A stretch of 57,583 nucleotides of DNA, filler included, from Squatina squatina (taxonomy: Eukaryota), in assembly GCA_031763465.1 (NCBI GenBank). It is 3 parts of 3 records of this genome, joined end to end, with 100 filler letters (N's around TTAATTAATTAA, not from the genome) between each part and the next. Parts side by side here need not be neighbours in the genome. Positions count along the whole stretch, not along the records: positions 16,815 to 44,201 come from JARFOE010000203.1; positions 44,302 to 57,583 come from JARFOE010000100.1; 1 more part is not named here. One strand, 5' to 3'. Each line of letters begins with the position of its first letter. The stretch's first letter is position 1. Positions 35,785-48,268 of the stretch are shown here, one piece after another. The notes beneath the pieces are model-generated. The model saw only the letters and a list, made by a program, of their open reading frames with translations, searched no databases and was not told the DNA's origin. The position numbers and the translations under genes are program-made.

Positions 35785-35969
35785 GTAAACGTATGTCGAT
35801 TCACCGAGGCTGACTGCCTTAGTCTCAAGCAGACAGTACCAGGATATGCTAAAGTGGGAGAAATTGCCTGAGGGCAGCGATAACATTACTCTGCTGGTAA
35901 ACCTGAAAGAAGGAGCCAGCATGATGCAATCTTCTAACTCTCACTCAGAAATGAATTTATCTGATGATA
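35785..35969 (+). other. Putative exon, possibly a GPCR (cannabinoid receptor-like) N-terminal coding exon
   Basis: Acceptor ctttatctgttcag| and donor gata|gtaagt. ATG at 35846 opens MLKWEKLPEGSDNITLLVNLKEGASMMQSSNSHSEMNLSDD with two N-glycosylation sequons. Identity speculative. Confidence 0.3.
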
Positions 35970-36576
35970 GTAAGTACACTGAAAAATAATTATTGAGAAG
36001 GAATTTCTTTCTGAATTTGTATTTTCCTATCCATTTTTCGACATTTTTTTTTGTTCTTCATTGATCCCACTCCACTGTTTAAATTTAATCTTGAGGCTCC
36101 CAAATAATCTAAAAGCAGAATCTGACCCCATGGATTTTGAATTTTATTCTTCTATTTTAAGAGTGTATTGTCTTATGAGATAAATACTATTTGGGATTAC
36201 TTCAGGGTATCCAAAAAGGCAGCGGTTGTTGCAGTAATAATACTTTTGAATAGGTTAATAACATACCATTCTTTAAACCATTAATTATATTGGATTACAT
36301 GCTCATTGTGATATTCAGAATGCCTGAACTGGCTCTGTGCAGTTTCTGTTATGCCAAGTTCTTCTCGAAAATGATATGGCTTCCCATATCCCACTTCTCA
36401 GTGAGGCATTGCGCAAGGCTGTGTGCATGCTGGGAACTCACTGAATTACCAACAAATATTACACACTAATAAGACTCTTGGCCATCTGTAAAGATGGTGT
36501 TTGTGACCTTTCCCTCTGCTGGCATTCATTTCAAGGAATTGAATGGGATGACATTTTCTGCTTACTGTCTTTACTA

Positions 36577-36865
36577 CAACAACAACAACAACTTGTATTT
36601 ATATAGCACCTTTAATGTGGTTAAAAATGTCCCAAAGTGCTTCACAGGAGCATTATCAGACAAAATTTGATGCCGAGCCACAGAAAGGGATATTAGGGCA
36701 GGTGACCAAAAGCTTGGTCGAAGAGGTAGGTTATAAGGAGTGACTTAAAGGAGGATAAAGAAGGAGAGAGGCGGAGAGGTTTAGGGAGGTAGTTCTAGAG
36801 TTTAGGGCCTTGGCAGCTGACAACATGGCCATCAATGGTGGGACGATGAAATTCGGGGATGCATT
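36577..36865 (-). mobile_element. L2-group LINE 3' end with (CAA)n tail
   Basis: caacaacaacaacaacttgtatttatatagcacctttaatgt...cccaaagtgcttcacaggag. A similar tail lies at ~3410-3471. Confidence 0.75.
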
Positions 36866-37519
36866 CCTCGGTTATCATCCACCTACTTATGTATTTCTGA
36901 GAATTCAAGTCCTTGTCACCCTAATTGTCTCAAATAGTCAATATCCTGCTATGAACTGAGTAGTGTAAATTGGGAATATTCCAATGCAAAACTTTAAAAT
37001 TGAATGGAATAAGAATTATTTCATTCTATTGCACAGAAATACTTGCTTTGTTTGTGATTATTTTATTGCTCAGCTGAGAAAATTAAACATTGTGCCAATA
37101 TACCTTGGTCACCACTTCCTCAGCAATGTGCTTTGACTTCAGGAAGTAGAAAATGCAGCAGCCTCGACCAATGCCAGCAAACTGAGGCAGGAGACAATTG
37201 TGACTTGCTTGATTGGGAGAGTTAGTGGTGCTAGAACATTCTTAATTAATATAAACCGAAAGTAAAATATTGCAGGTGCTGGAAATCTGAAGCAAACGCA
37301 GAAAATGCTGGAAACACACGGTCAACTGAGGAGAGAACAGATTAGTCGCCATTTTGGGTATGCGCCTCCCAGTAGAACAGAAGTGTCTGATGAAGATACC
37401 CAGAATGTTAACTGTTCTTTCCACAGATGCTGCCTGACATGCTGAGCGCTTCCAACACTTTCTGTTTTTGTCTTCTTTATCACTGCAGGGTGGGCTGGGA
37501 GAGGAAAATATTCCGTCTG

Positions 37520-38375
37520 ATACAGGGGACACAGTTTCAGGATACGGGGTAGGCCATTTAGGCCTGGGATTTGGAGAAATTTCTTCACCCAGAGTGTGGT
37601 GAACCTGTGGAATTCTCCACCACAGAAGGCTGTGGAGGCCAAATCATTGAATATATTCAAGAAGGAGATAGATAGATTTCTAGATACTAAAGGCGTCAAC
37701 ATAGAAACATAGCAACATAGAAAATAGGAACAGGAGTAGGCCATCCAGCCCTTCGAGCCTGCTCCACCATTCAATATGATCATGGCTGATCATCCAAATT
37801 CAGTACCCTGTTCCTGTTTTCTCCCCATATCCCTTGATCTCTTNNNNNNNNNNNNNNNNNNNNNNNNNNNNNNNNNNNNNNNNNNNNNNNNNNNNNNNNN
37901 NNNNNNNNNNNNNNNNNNNNNNNNNNNNNNNNNNNNNNNNNNNAGGTTTAGAGTAGTTAAGGAAAAGGTCATGCTACAATCAAATGTAAAATTACTTAGC
38001 TGGAGGTGGGCTAACTTCAGTGAGTTGAAAAGCGATCTGGCCCAAGTGGATTGGAATCAAAGATTGATCGGTAAAACATGAATTGAACAATGGGAGGACT
38101 TCAAGGAGGAGATGGTTCGGGGACAAGGGGGAAGGAAGGGCATCCGAAGCTCGAGCTCCCGAGATAACTAAAGATACAGAGGTTAAAATGAGACAGATAC
38201 AGGAGGCTTATGACAAGTGTCATGTTCGTAATACAGTCGAGAACCAAGCTGAATATTAAAGGTACAGAGAAGATCTAAATAAGGGAATAAAAGAGGCAAA
38301 GAGAGAGTATGAGAATAGATTCGCAGCTAACATAAAAGGGAATTCAAAAGTCTTTTATAAACACATAAATAGTGA
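37520..38375. mobile_element. Cluster of CR1 LINE fragments spanning a gap
   Basis: CR1 3' ORF end (ttcttcacccagagtgtggtgaacctgtggaattctc), an inverted CR1 tail (~37698-37843) and an ORF2 internal piece (37944-38375). Confidence 0.7.
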
Positions 38376-38568
38376 ACAGAGTGATTATCTGCATGAACAT
38401 TTTTGTGTCCTTCTGCGTATGCGCGCCGTGGGCTCGCCCCCTTTTCGAGCATGCACACTCGATCCAGTNNNNNNNNNNNNNNNNNNNNNNNNNNNNNNNN
38501 NNNNNNNNNNNNNNNNNNNNNNNNNNNNNNNNNNNNNNNNNNNNNNNNNNNNNNNNNNNNNNNNNNNN

Positions 38569-38810
38569 CGTGCCTTCAGCTGCTGAGGCCCTAAGCTCTG
38601 GAATTCCCTCCCTAAACCTCTCTGCTTCTCTACCTCTCTTTCCTCCTTTAAGACGCTCCTTAAAGCCTACCTCTTGACCAAGCTTTTGGTCACCTGCCCT
38701 AATTTCTCCTAATAAGGCTTGGTGTCAAATTTTCTTCACTCCTGTGAAGCACTTTGGGACATTTTACTATGTTAAATGTGCCATTTAAATACAAGTTGTT
38801 GTGGTTGTTG
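38569..38810 (+). mobile_element. L2-group LINE 3' end
   Basis: gccttcagctgctgaggccctaagctctggaattccctccctaaacc...gtgaagcactttgggacattttactatgttaaa...gttgttg. Confidence 0.75.
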
Positions 38811-38950
38811 ATCCATTTAGAACTCTTTAATTAGTTGCCACAATAGGTGGGACTTCTGGGAGAGGGGATGCCATTCTGCCTCTAAAAGTTAACATGGCGG
38901 AACAGACACCCATTCTCTCCTCCAGTTGTATTTCTTACTGATGTCAGAAA

Positions 38951-39101
38951 GGGGCAGAAATTCACCCCAAGTTTCTGCCACTGCAGTTCCCCTGGAATAA
39001 TGTCCCCGAAAGGTGTATGCTTCAGTTATAGGTTGGTAGGCTTTTACTGGTTCAGGGCAAACTGTGCAGACCATCAGAAATAAGTCCAGAAAATTCCACC
39101 C
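38951..39101. mobile_element. Short (~150 bp) MITE with Harbinger-type ends
   Basis: GGGGCAGAAATT...AAATTCCACCC imperfect inverted termini. Confidence 0.45.
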
Positions 39102-39584
39102 ATGATTTCATTGTGTAAAATGTTTCCAGTGCAGGTTTGTTCAGCATTTTAGCCGCAGGCTGATTCTAATATCAGTACTGAGGTATGTTAATCTGTGGGG
39201 GTTGGGTGGGGGACTGGAGGGAGAACCTAGAGCTGCTGCCAGACCTTGTCAGATTAGCTGTAAATGCGCATGTATGGAAGATGAAGCATTTAACAAATGG
39301 ATTCTCTTATTTACAATGACAAAATAATGAGCAAAGGCACACACATCTACAATGATTAAAGCAAACTGTTACAGACAGTAACATCCTGTTGTCTGTTCTA
39401 ATAGGGCATCAGCATTGGTTTACAAAGGATTTCATTTTAGCAGCTCAGTTCACACATTCTTCTCCAGGCTGAAGCAGTTCCCAAGTAGCATCCCTTTGGA
39501 AAATTTGTCCTGCTTTTAGTAATCCCCAAACTGCTGCTGTTAGCACAGTCAGGATAGATATCCATCTCTAATTCCCTTTATTGA

Positions 39585-39900
39585 TGTTGTGCCTCAAGGA
39601 TCTGTGCTGGGGCCTTTCCTTTTGTTTTTCATTTATATGAATGATTCTAACATAGGAATAAGAGGAATTACATTGAAATTGTTAATACTAAATTAGGGGA
39701 CATGGTAAACTGAGAAGAATGGGAGGAGATTGCACGAAGATGATAGGCAGAATGGCAGATTGGGCAAACGGGTGGCTGATGCAGTTCAATGCAGAAAATT
39801 CAGGAGGACATTTTTTGGGGAAAAAGAATATTCAAAGTAAGAATATTGTAAGTGGTAAGATTCTTAACAGAGTGAAGGAATGGAGAGATTTAGGTCATCC
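39585..39900 (+). mobile_element. CR1 LINE RT fragment
   Basis: VPQGSVLGP.LF..Y.ND and WA..WLMQFN motifs, decayed. Confidence 0.7.
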
Positions 39901-40786
39901 TCATGGGGCTTATCTGTAAGAGGACATTGCTGCTGTCAGCTTCTTCCAACCATTATGGTTCAGGCTTCTCACTTGTGCCTCATCGGCAGTAAGGCCCATG
40001 CTGTGAGGGAGCACTTTTATGTTGTCATCCCATCTTGTTCTACATCTGCCCCGTGGCCTCTTCCATGTTGTTGGTGGCTTAGATTTAGGGATGCAGATAT
40101 ATAGATCATGGCTGGTTGGACTGCAGGTAAGAGGAAATAAAAATAGGAAGTGGAATTCTGGATTTAATACATAGATATATTGAATGTGAAGGTCATGGGG
40201 CAACTTATACACACTGTGATCCTCATCCACCCCTCCTCCGCTTTAAACATCAGGTTTTAATAAATTGCAAAACAATGCTTGCATTTCTTTCATTGTTGAA
40301 ATGCCTTGGTTATGATGGGTCATGAGTTCCTTTTCATTATCAGCAGGTCATGTCTTTTCTCACATGCAATAGCCACTGTGTATGGAGCAATATCCTTTTA
40401 TATTATGAGAACTATACCAACTTTGAAATTTCAAAGTATTCAGGTTAAACAGGAAGCTGTGGACAGAGAGGCCAATTTGCAATTTATGCAAACAAGCACC
40501 AAGTCTGAATGAAGAGCAACAACTCAGCCTGTGTGTCTTTAACCAATAATGGGTATCATTGCAGCTTGGCATGTTACAGTGTGCAGGGTGATCTTTTTTA
40601 TTGGATAACTTTTTTTTAACAATTAATTTTGTAAGTCAGATACATATATGTATAAACAGACAGGCACAACATGAGCAATATTTTCACTAGGCTTGTGTTT
40701 TATACATCTAACAGCTGAATAGTTTGAGATGATTATCAATAGCCACTGTTCCAGTTTACAACAGCATTATCTTCATATTCAGAAAA

Positions 40787-41375
40787 TAGAGTTCCTCAGG
40801 GCAGTGTCCTCAGCCCAACCATTTTCAGCTGCTTCATCAATGACCTTCATAAGGTCAGAAGTGGGGATGTTCGCTGATGACTGCACAGTGTTCAGTGCCA
40901 TTGGCAACTCCTCAGATAATGAANNNNNNNNNNNNNNNNNNNNNNNNNNNNNNNNNNNNNNNNNNNNNNNNNNNNNNNNNNNNNNNNNNNNNNNNNNNNN
41001 NNNNNNNNNNNNNNNNNNNNNNNGTGTTAGTCCATCTGTGTTTTTTCTTGCATCTCTTTCGAGTTGATACAACTGAGTGTCTTGGTAGGCCACTTCAGAG
41101 GGAAGTTAAGATTTGACGTTGACGTGCGACTGAAGTCATGTATAGGCCAGACTAGGTATGGAGGCTGGTTTCCTTTCCTAAAGGACATTAGTGAAGGTGT
41201 TGGGTTTTTATGACAATCCGACAGCTTCATGGTCACATTTTACTGCTGCTAGATTTTTATTTACAGATTATTTTTAAACTGAATTCAAATTCTCAAACTG
41301 CCATGGTGGGATTTGAACTCACATTCTCTGGATTATTAGTCCAGTAACATAACCACTAAGCGACCATATCCATTT
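40787..41375. mobile_element. CR1-type LINE fragments
   Basis: gagttcctcagggcagtgtcctcagcccaaccattttcagctgcttcatcaatgacc...FADDCTVF. A reverse-oriented repeat end follows the gap. Confidence 0.6.
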
Positions 41376-41816
41376 GAATGCCCCAAGAGTCTACGTCTCC
41401 TTGTTTACCAAATTATTTCAGATATTGATCACGCATTTCATTAAAGAAGTTCCTTCTGGAATGCTAATTATTTTAAAGGACTAGTGTGACCCCAGTAAAA
41501 TATTGCTCTTTCAATCTAAAATCTCATTTTCTGGAAGACCATGAAAGATGATGAGAATATCTTTGGAAAATGCAGCCAGAATTTCTGAATTCTTTGTAGA
41601 TTAACTGTAGCTTGCAAATACTGGAGACCTTCTCCACAACTATCTGGAAGCAGGACAGAAACCATATTGTAGCACAGAATGTCATACAGAAAGGGCATAT
41701 TGTTTCTCTATTCCCANNNNNNNNNNNNNNNNNNNNNNNNNNNNNNNNNNNNNNNNNNNNNNNNNNNNNNNNNNNNNNNNNNNNNNNNNNNNNNNNNNNN
41801 NNNNNNNNNNNNNNNN

Positions 41817-42076
41817 TTTGAAAAGCGAAAGCTGCGAGTGGCTGAGGGAGAAGCGCCACACGGACAGGGCGGTTTCATTCCGCCGATCCGGAGCTTTTAC
41901 TTTTTTAAAAAAGGAAAAATAAAATTAAAAAAAACCTACATTTTCTTTTAAGAAGCCGAAGCGCGGAGGTCGGCGGGCCGCGGAGCTAGCGGACGGACGG
42001 ACGTTGCCTTTCCTGCCCTCCCTTGTCTGAGTTCGGAAGCCCAGGCGGTTATTTGGCGAGCGGGTGTTGGTGGATC
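41817..42076 (+). promoter_or_regulatory. CpG-rich 5' UTR / proximal promoter of akirin
   Basis: Dense CpG immediately upstream of the akirin ATG in otherwise CpG-poor DNA. Confidence 0.55.
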
Positions 42077-42272
42077 ATGGCGTGTGGAGCCACACTCAAG
42101 CGGAGCGTCGAGTTTGACGCGCTGCTCAACCCTCAGTCTCAGTCCCCCAAGAGGAGGCGGTGTATGCCTTTAACAGGGCCCGGCACTGGGGCACCTTCGC
42201 CCCAGAAGTACCTGAAAACGGAGCCGGCGGCCTTTGGCGGAGAGAGCTCGTCAGCACAGAGGCTCACCCCAG
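42077..42272 (+). CDS. AKIRIN1: Akirin-1 coding exon 1
   Basis: [32 protein letters not shown]...[25 protein letters not shown] with the KRRRC NLS and a phase-1 donor ag|gtaat. Confidence 0.85.
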
Positions 42273-42450
42273 GTAATCTAACAGGGGAGGGGAGAGGGTG
42301 GCAGGGCAATGGCACAGCCAGACAATGGCAATAAATGCCGGGATTATTATNNNNNNNNNNNNNNNNNNNNNNNNNNNNNNNNNNNNNNNNNNNNNNNNNN
42401 NNNNNNNNNNNNNNNNNNNNNNNNNNNNNNNNNNNNNNNNNNNNNNNNNN

Positions 42451-42504
42451 CTTCCCCGCCCTCGCTTTCCCCTCTTCTCTTCCCCGCCCTCGCTTTCCCC
42501 TCTT
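42451..42504. repeat. 28-bp pyrimidine-rich minisatellite at a gap edge
   Basis: cttccccgccctcgctttcccctcttct, about two copies, truncated by the upstream gap. Confidence 0.7.
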
Positions 42505-43471
42505 CGCTTTATCCTCTTCGCCTGCTCATGGGTAACCTCCTGGTTCTTGGAATTTCTCACAAATCAGCTGCTGATGCAAAACTACGAACAAAGATTCTGA
42601 ACTGCAGGAGACCCAACATTTATGAGGTGAATCCCATAACATTTGTCGAAGTTATGTCATATGAAGTTGCATGGTCAAAACATCAAGTGATCAATCTTCC
42701 AGGAATTCCTCAGAGAGTTGGCAACCCTACTCCACCAGCATGTCAGATACTGATGAACTGCTAATGATCTCCTCCCCATGCCCAGCACTTCGAACATATA
42801 GCAGCTGCAGCATACAGAGGGAGGGGGTCCCACACAGGCACTCCAGCACATCAATCCCCTCTGCCATTTGACTGGCATCTCCCACACCCTCCGACCCTAC
42901 AGCAGCCACCTCGCCCTGTGCACAATCCCAGGATCAAGGCATTCCTCCCTCAATGGAAAGGGTCCCCAGGATGCAAAGAACCAGTAAATCCAACCAACAA
43001 AAAAATAGAATTGAAATCAAATCCGCAATGGCAGGGCTTCAGAATTGGGCACAATCCCAGGTGAGGGTGAAAATAGAAGGAACGCTGTAAGATATACAGC
43101 CAATCCTGGGATAATTGGCTCATCTGGTTTATTGTACATAAGTATCCATTTTGAAAATGACACCTGATACAAGTCCTTTGGTGTCTCTAATTTACAGGTT
43201 TAACTACATTTAACTGGAACAATAATATTTAATTCTACTTTTAAAATTGTTGCCAGTAATAGGACAGGTCATAGCATATACCAGGGTTGCTATAGTTAAT
43301 GCAGAACCATATTTAAGTATAGAATGGTTTATTTTAGAAATATTATTTGCAGTATACCCTCGCTGTGTATTTGGATATGAAATTTGTGATTTAGGGCAAA
43401 GAATTTTGGACTGGTGACTATATTGAGTTTTTTCTCCCTTAATTTTACTTCCTGTCTTTTTTAAATTGCAG

Positions 43472-43615
43472 AACAGATATTTCAGAACATCAAGCAAGAA
43501 TATAGCCGTTTCCAATGGAGGAGACAGTTAGAAGGAAGTTTTAATCAAAGCGAGACAAACAGTTCTGCTGAGGGATCATCTAACACTTTGTTACTAAATG
43601 CGCCAAGTTCACCAG
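43472..43615 (+). CDS. AKIRIN1: Akirin-1 coding exon 2
   Basis: 144-bp phase 1-1 exon (E)QIFQNIKQEYSRFQWRRQLEGSFNQSETNSSAEGSSNTLLLNAPSSP(G). EQIFQNIKQEYSR and APSSPG are AKIRIN1-type. Confidence 0.87.
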
Positions 43616-44201
43616 GTAAGCAAGATATCGAAATATGTTTCAGAAATCTGCACCAGTATTTTTGCTAGTCTAAGTCCAACTAAGTTTTGTAACTTTTAGT
43701 TATGTAATAGATTGAGCATTTACACTAGACCAATAGGTTGTGGGGATCAGGGCTTCCTATTTGCAACTGAAATTCCAGCCATGTGTGTTTTCCAGTCTCG
43801 TAGTCTTAGATTTGTGCTATGCTAGTGAAAGTTTCACAATTTCAAACCATATGACAGTTGAGAGGCAGTGAGTCAGAGGATGGAGAATTACTTGGCCTGC
43901 CTCCCACCAAGCCTTCGATCATTAGTAGAAATAAATATCTGAAGCTTTACTGTCCCTTTTTCACATCAATGCACATGTATTCAGAGAATGACAAACCTAA
44001 AACAAATTATTTTGGATGCAGCCACAAATGGGGGGGAAAAACGCTTTTGAATATTTAACTAAGTAAAGCCAAGGCAGCACTGGAAGCTCCAGTAATAAAG
44101 CATTTCATGCTGTTGAATGCCATCCAAGTTGAAGCCAGGCTTTACTTGTAATCCAAACACCATTGCCTCTAGTTTGTGAATTATCTGTTCTTTGCCATTC
44201 C

Positions 44202-44301
44202 NNNNNNNNNNNNNNNNNNNNNNNNNNNNNNNNNNNNNNNNNNNNTTAATTAATTAANNNNNNNNNNNNNNNNNNNNNNNNNNNNNNNNNNNNNNNNNNN
44301 N
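44202..44301. other. Artificial scaffold-joining spacer
   Basis: 44 N + TTAATTAATTAA (44246-44257) + 44 N, identical to 16715-16814. Confidence 0.95.
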
Positions 44302-46460
44302 GGACCTGCCTGAATGTATCTTACAACTTTTTTCTGTGTGAAGATAATAAATTAGATTGATCCTTGGGGATTTTAATCAAAACTTCTTATCACAGTAACG
44401 GTTCTCTAGGATTGTCATGGATGAAACTTGGATACACTAATTTGCCAGATTATGCTGAATGCCAGTTACCAAACATAAAATATTCACGACTGTATGAATA
44501 AATCACACAAAGCTCACTGGAAATTAGTTTGAATAAAGTCATTATTGGGATACTTGAAAAAATATAAAATTGTGGTGAAGTGTTTCAGTGCTGTGCAGAG
44601 TTAAAGGTACTCTGGAACATTTAAACAGATATTCAGGTAATAGGGGTGATTTCACAACAAACCTACCTTAAAATCATATTCCCATGTGCCTCTGTTCTAT
44701 TGGTGAAGAAGCATAAAGACTCAATCATTTCAAATGTTATCACTCTCCTGGTCAGAGACTGTCCTCTCTACAAATCCTAAGCCCACCAGAGCTTAGTACA
44801 TGTCGTATTAATTAAATTATACTCACCAGAAGCAATGACTTTGGTATTTGTTTAACTTTTCACAATAATAGCAAATAATTTCATAATGACCCCAAACCCT
44901 CTCTAGGGACTCACTCAGTGTAAGGTAATTACCTAGTCATGCAATCAATGTGTTATTCAAGATGCTGCCCTTAAATTGATTCAGCCATATGCTTTCCTAA
45001 ATGTTTTGTAGTCAACATTCACTTTCGGAACGCTGGNNNNNNNNNNGGCGTACCCTTGTGCAGATTTAAATCGAAAATGAGCACAGTTTCACTGTCTCAG
45101 ATTCCACTCAAGTGATCATCTGTACCAATTAAAACAAATCAACCTAGCTCAAATATGTAAGCTTCAAAATTTGAAAACAAAAGATTCTGACTATGAGCAT
45201 GTTAACCAAAGGATAAATGACAGTGATTGGTAGGTTGCCCAAGTGGAAATGACAGACTGACAGTAGCTGCACTGACCATGCGTTGTGAGTAAGATATTTA
45301 ATTCCTGAGTGCTTTTCTGTACATTTGTAAGGTTAAATAAAATATGTTGACAGTTTTGAGCTAAGTTTATGAAGCAGTTGGTTGGCTACCAGTAATAATT
45401 TTGAGATTGTTGCTGTCACATCTCTGTGACTGAAGTTACTGCTGAAGGCGCAGTGCCTATTTGGCAGATGTAGCCTCCATCTTATAATGTAATGGGCTTT
45501 GGAAATCAAATCAGTCTGTTGACTGTTGTTCTGAGAAACAGTGAATGGAAATATTTTTCCTATGAATTAAACTCTCATCTATCATTCTTGAAAAAGTATT
45601 TCCAGCAATCAGTTTTACGATTTGTTTTCTGAGAATTTTATTTTAAAATGTATTTACAATGATTTGAGAGCACATATCAACAGTGGACATTTGCAAAGGT
45701 TAAATCACATTTGTCCCAACAGTTGCACTTGTGGCTTGGTGAAGACAACACACCAAGGGGACAAGCCACAAGTTAACCCAAAATGCCTGGTGCATAAAGA
45801 CTAATTTACTTATGGCCCAATAGCGTAGGTCCGACAAACTATGATGATTAAATAGTAGTTACATTTTTTCTTGGTAAGTTAATTTGTATTTTATCACCTT
45901 TGTATCCCATGCATCATTCTCCCAGATGAAAGGAAGGCTAAATAATGTCTTCACAGGCCTTTGCCAATGCCGCATTACTTCTGGTTGCCAGGTTTACTAC
46001 AATGACCCGTCATTTGATTTCCCCCTTCTATCCAATTTGAACCAGTTTTCCATTTGATCCCATAGTCTCAATGAAATATTCAAGTGATTTCCATTTTTTT
46101 AATTCAATATTCATCTACCCTTTTTGTTAGAAAAAAAGTTAGAAAAATCTGATTAGTAAAAATGACTGAGGTTATNNNNNNNNNNNNNNNNNNNNNNNNN
46201 NNNNNNNNNNNNNNNNNNNNNNNNNNNNNNNNNNNNNNNNNNNNNNNNNNNNNNNNNNNNNNNNNNNNNNNNNNNGCTAGGCCCCAACAAATTGCCTGGC
46301 GCAGCAGTTACCGGCAGAAAACTGGTGAGCGGCAAGTATCGAATTGGCCGCCCTTAGTGTTTTGCCCGAATTCACATAATTTTTTAAAAATCTTTATTTA
46401 TTACCAGAAACAAGTTAATAATGATTACCAAGGAGAATGAAAAATCCTAAAGATTCCTAC

Positions 46461-46600
46461 CTCACCAAGTAAGTAGTAATGCCTTGGGATTTGGGAGTCA
46501 GGATAAATATTTTCCAAGTACCATGAGAAGGATTTACACTTCAGTCTTTCTCGAAGACCTCTTCTGGCTGACACATCCCCATAATCCACTTTAACAACAC
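46461..46600 (-). CDS. GALNT13: Polypeptide GalNAc-transferase 13 exon
   Basis: 140-bp exon (G)[46 protein letters not shown]. Confidence 0.88.
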
Positions 46601-48150
46601 CTGGAAGTACAAAGACACAGATTGTATACATTTACTGGTGTTGGTTTAAAACGTATTACTATAATGGAAAGCAAATCTGTGTCCTATGACTATAACCTGT
46701 TATTAGGAAGAAATACACAAAACCCGTCAAGTTAGGGAGGAATAAAATGAAATGGAAACTTTAGTTTGAGACTAGTGGATCCACAGGACAAAAAATACAA
46801 AGATACAGAGAAATAAAAAGCAGATGTCCCCATTTGCAATGAGCTGGTACTGAACTTTAAATTGCTGTTAGGATTGACATCTAGAATTCTAAAAGCTCTG
46901 CAGTGTAATTCCATCCAGCTGAAGGCGGGATGCATTTAAAAAGTTCTTCGCAGGCAGTAGACATTGAGCCTCTAATGGCAGCTTTATGACAGGGANNNNN
47001 NNNNNNNNNNNNNNNNNNNNNNNNNNNNNNNNNNNNNNNNNNNNNNNNNNNNNNNNNNNNNNNNNNNNNNNNNNNNNNNNNNNNNNNNNNNNNNNACAAG
47101 TTTTACCTCAGTAAAGGTTTTGAAATTTGTCATCTCATTTAAAGAAATGAATGGAAGAAAAGCTACTGGGAACAAAGTGCTTGGAGGAAAACAAAGATAT
47201 CTCATCAGTACAATGAGCTGCAGTACTGATGCATCTGAGGAAATTGGACACACTGCACATGCTCAGACTGTACAATCCAAAGCCAGCTTGCCGTATCACA
47301 GCTTTGGATAAAAATATCAAGAAGAAAGTCTAGGCTTTTGGGAGAGACTGAAGCCTTCAACTAAAATTTTTAATGAACACATAAATCTAATTGATCAATT
47401 TAATAATATGATTGTGAAATTTATTTTAATTAAACCCTTATTTTGGACATTAGAAATTTCCGTTACGAGGGAAAGAAAAGCAATGTAAGAAAAAGTTCAG
47501 AAAGCTTTTTGAATTATTTGTGCAAATTCAGTGAACAGATTGTACACTCCTGAGGTAATATACCTTTACAATAAAATAGCAGCTATTGTGCGTAACACAA
47601 TGTGACACATTTAACTTTGAAAATACTTTTCATAGTGTGACAGGTACTGCATGTACTTATGAGTTTCTACTGAGACACACCTTACATACCAAATTGAATG
47701 TAAAAAAGTTTGCTAATGGATCTCCAGCAGCATTGCTATCATATGCAACATATAGTGCCAGAGCTGCCATGTTAGACTTGTTTATTCTGATGCTTCCTTT
47801 TAAATATTTTTGGAATTCAACTTCTAACTGAATGTGGCTTTAATGACAACAGTAAGATCATAGTCATGCAGTATCAGTGCCAACATATATTGACAGTAGT
47901 TAAGAGTGACTTACTAGTTTAAAAAAACATCAGTTTCCTTAGCAGATATGTCTGCTATACACATCCATTATTGAGTATTACACATCCGTTATTGAGTATT
48001 TTACCCCAAAATTGTATGCAAAATAATTTAAATTGCATGTGAGATATTACCCAGAATATAAATTTCCAAGTATGTTTTTCAAAGTTATTAGCCAAAGAAA
48101 GGACTGCATTTTGACAGAAATATTAGTGGTAAGATAAACCATTTACTCAC

Positions 48151-48268
48151 CCTAAAAGACATCTCCAGGTTCTCTCCACCCCAAATATCCATCCCTGCGT
48201 CATATGTTCCAATTTCTTCAAAATAATCCCTGTCAATGGAAAACAAGCCCCCTGCCATGGTAGGTGTC
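48151..48268 (-). CDS. GALNT13: GALNT13 exon (Gal/GalNAc-T motif)
   Basis: 118-bp exon [43 protein letters not shown] and LEMS favour GALNT13 over GALNT1. Confidence 0.9.

Noticed and set aside
38408-38468. NRF1-like TGCGTATGCGC motif at a contig end
   Set aside because: Too short, truncated by a gap and with no associated gene.
42023-42076. N-terminal extension of akirin in the ORF track
   Set aside because: Non-ATG start. Akirins begin at MACGATLKR (42077).
47938-48000. Short palindrome plus 21-bp direct duplication (similarly an 11-bp duplication at ~33261)
   Set aside because: Consistent with ordinary replication slippage and not part of a wider pattern.
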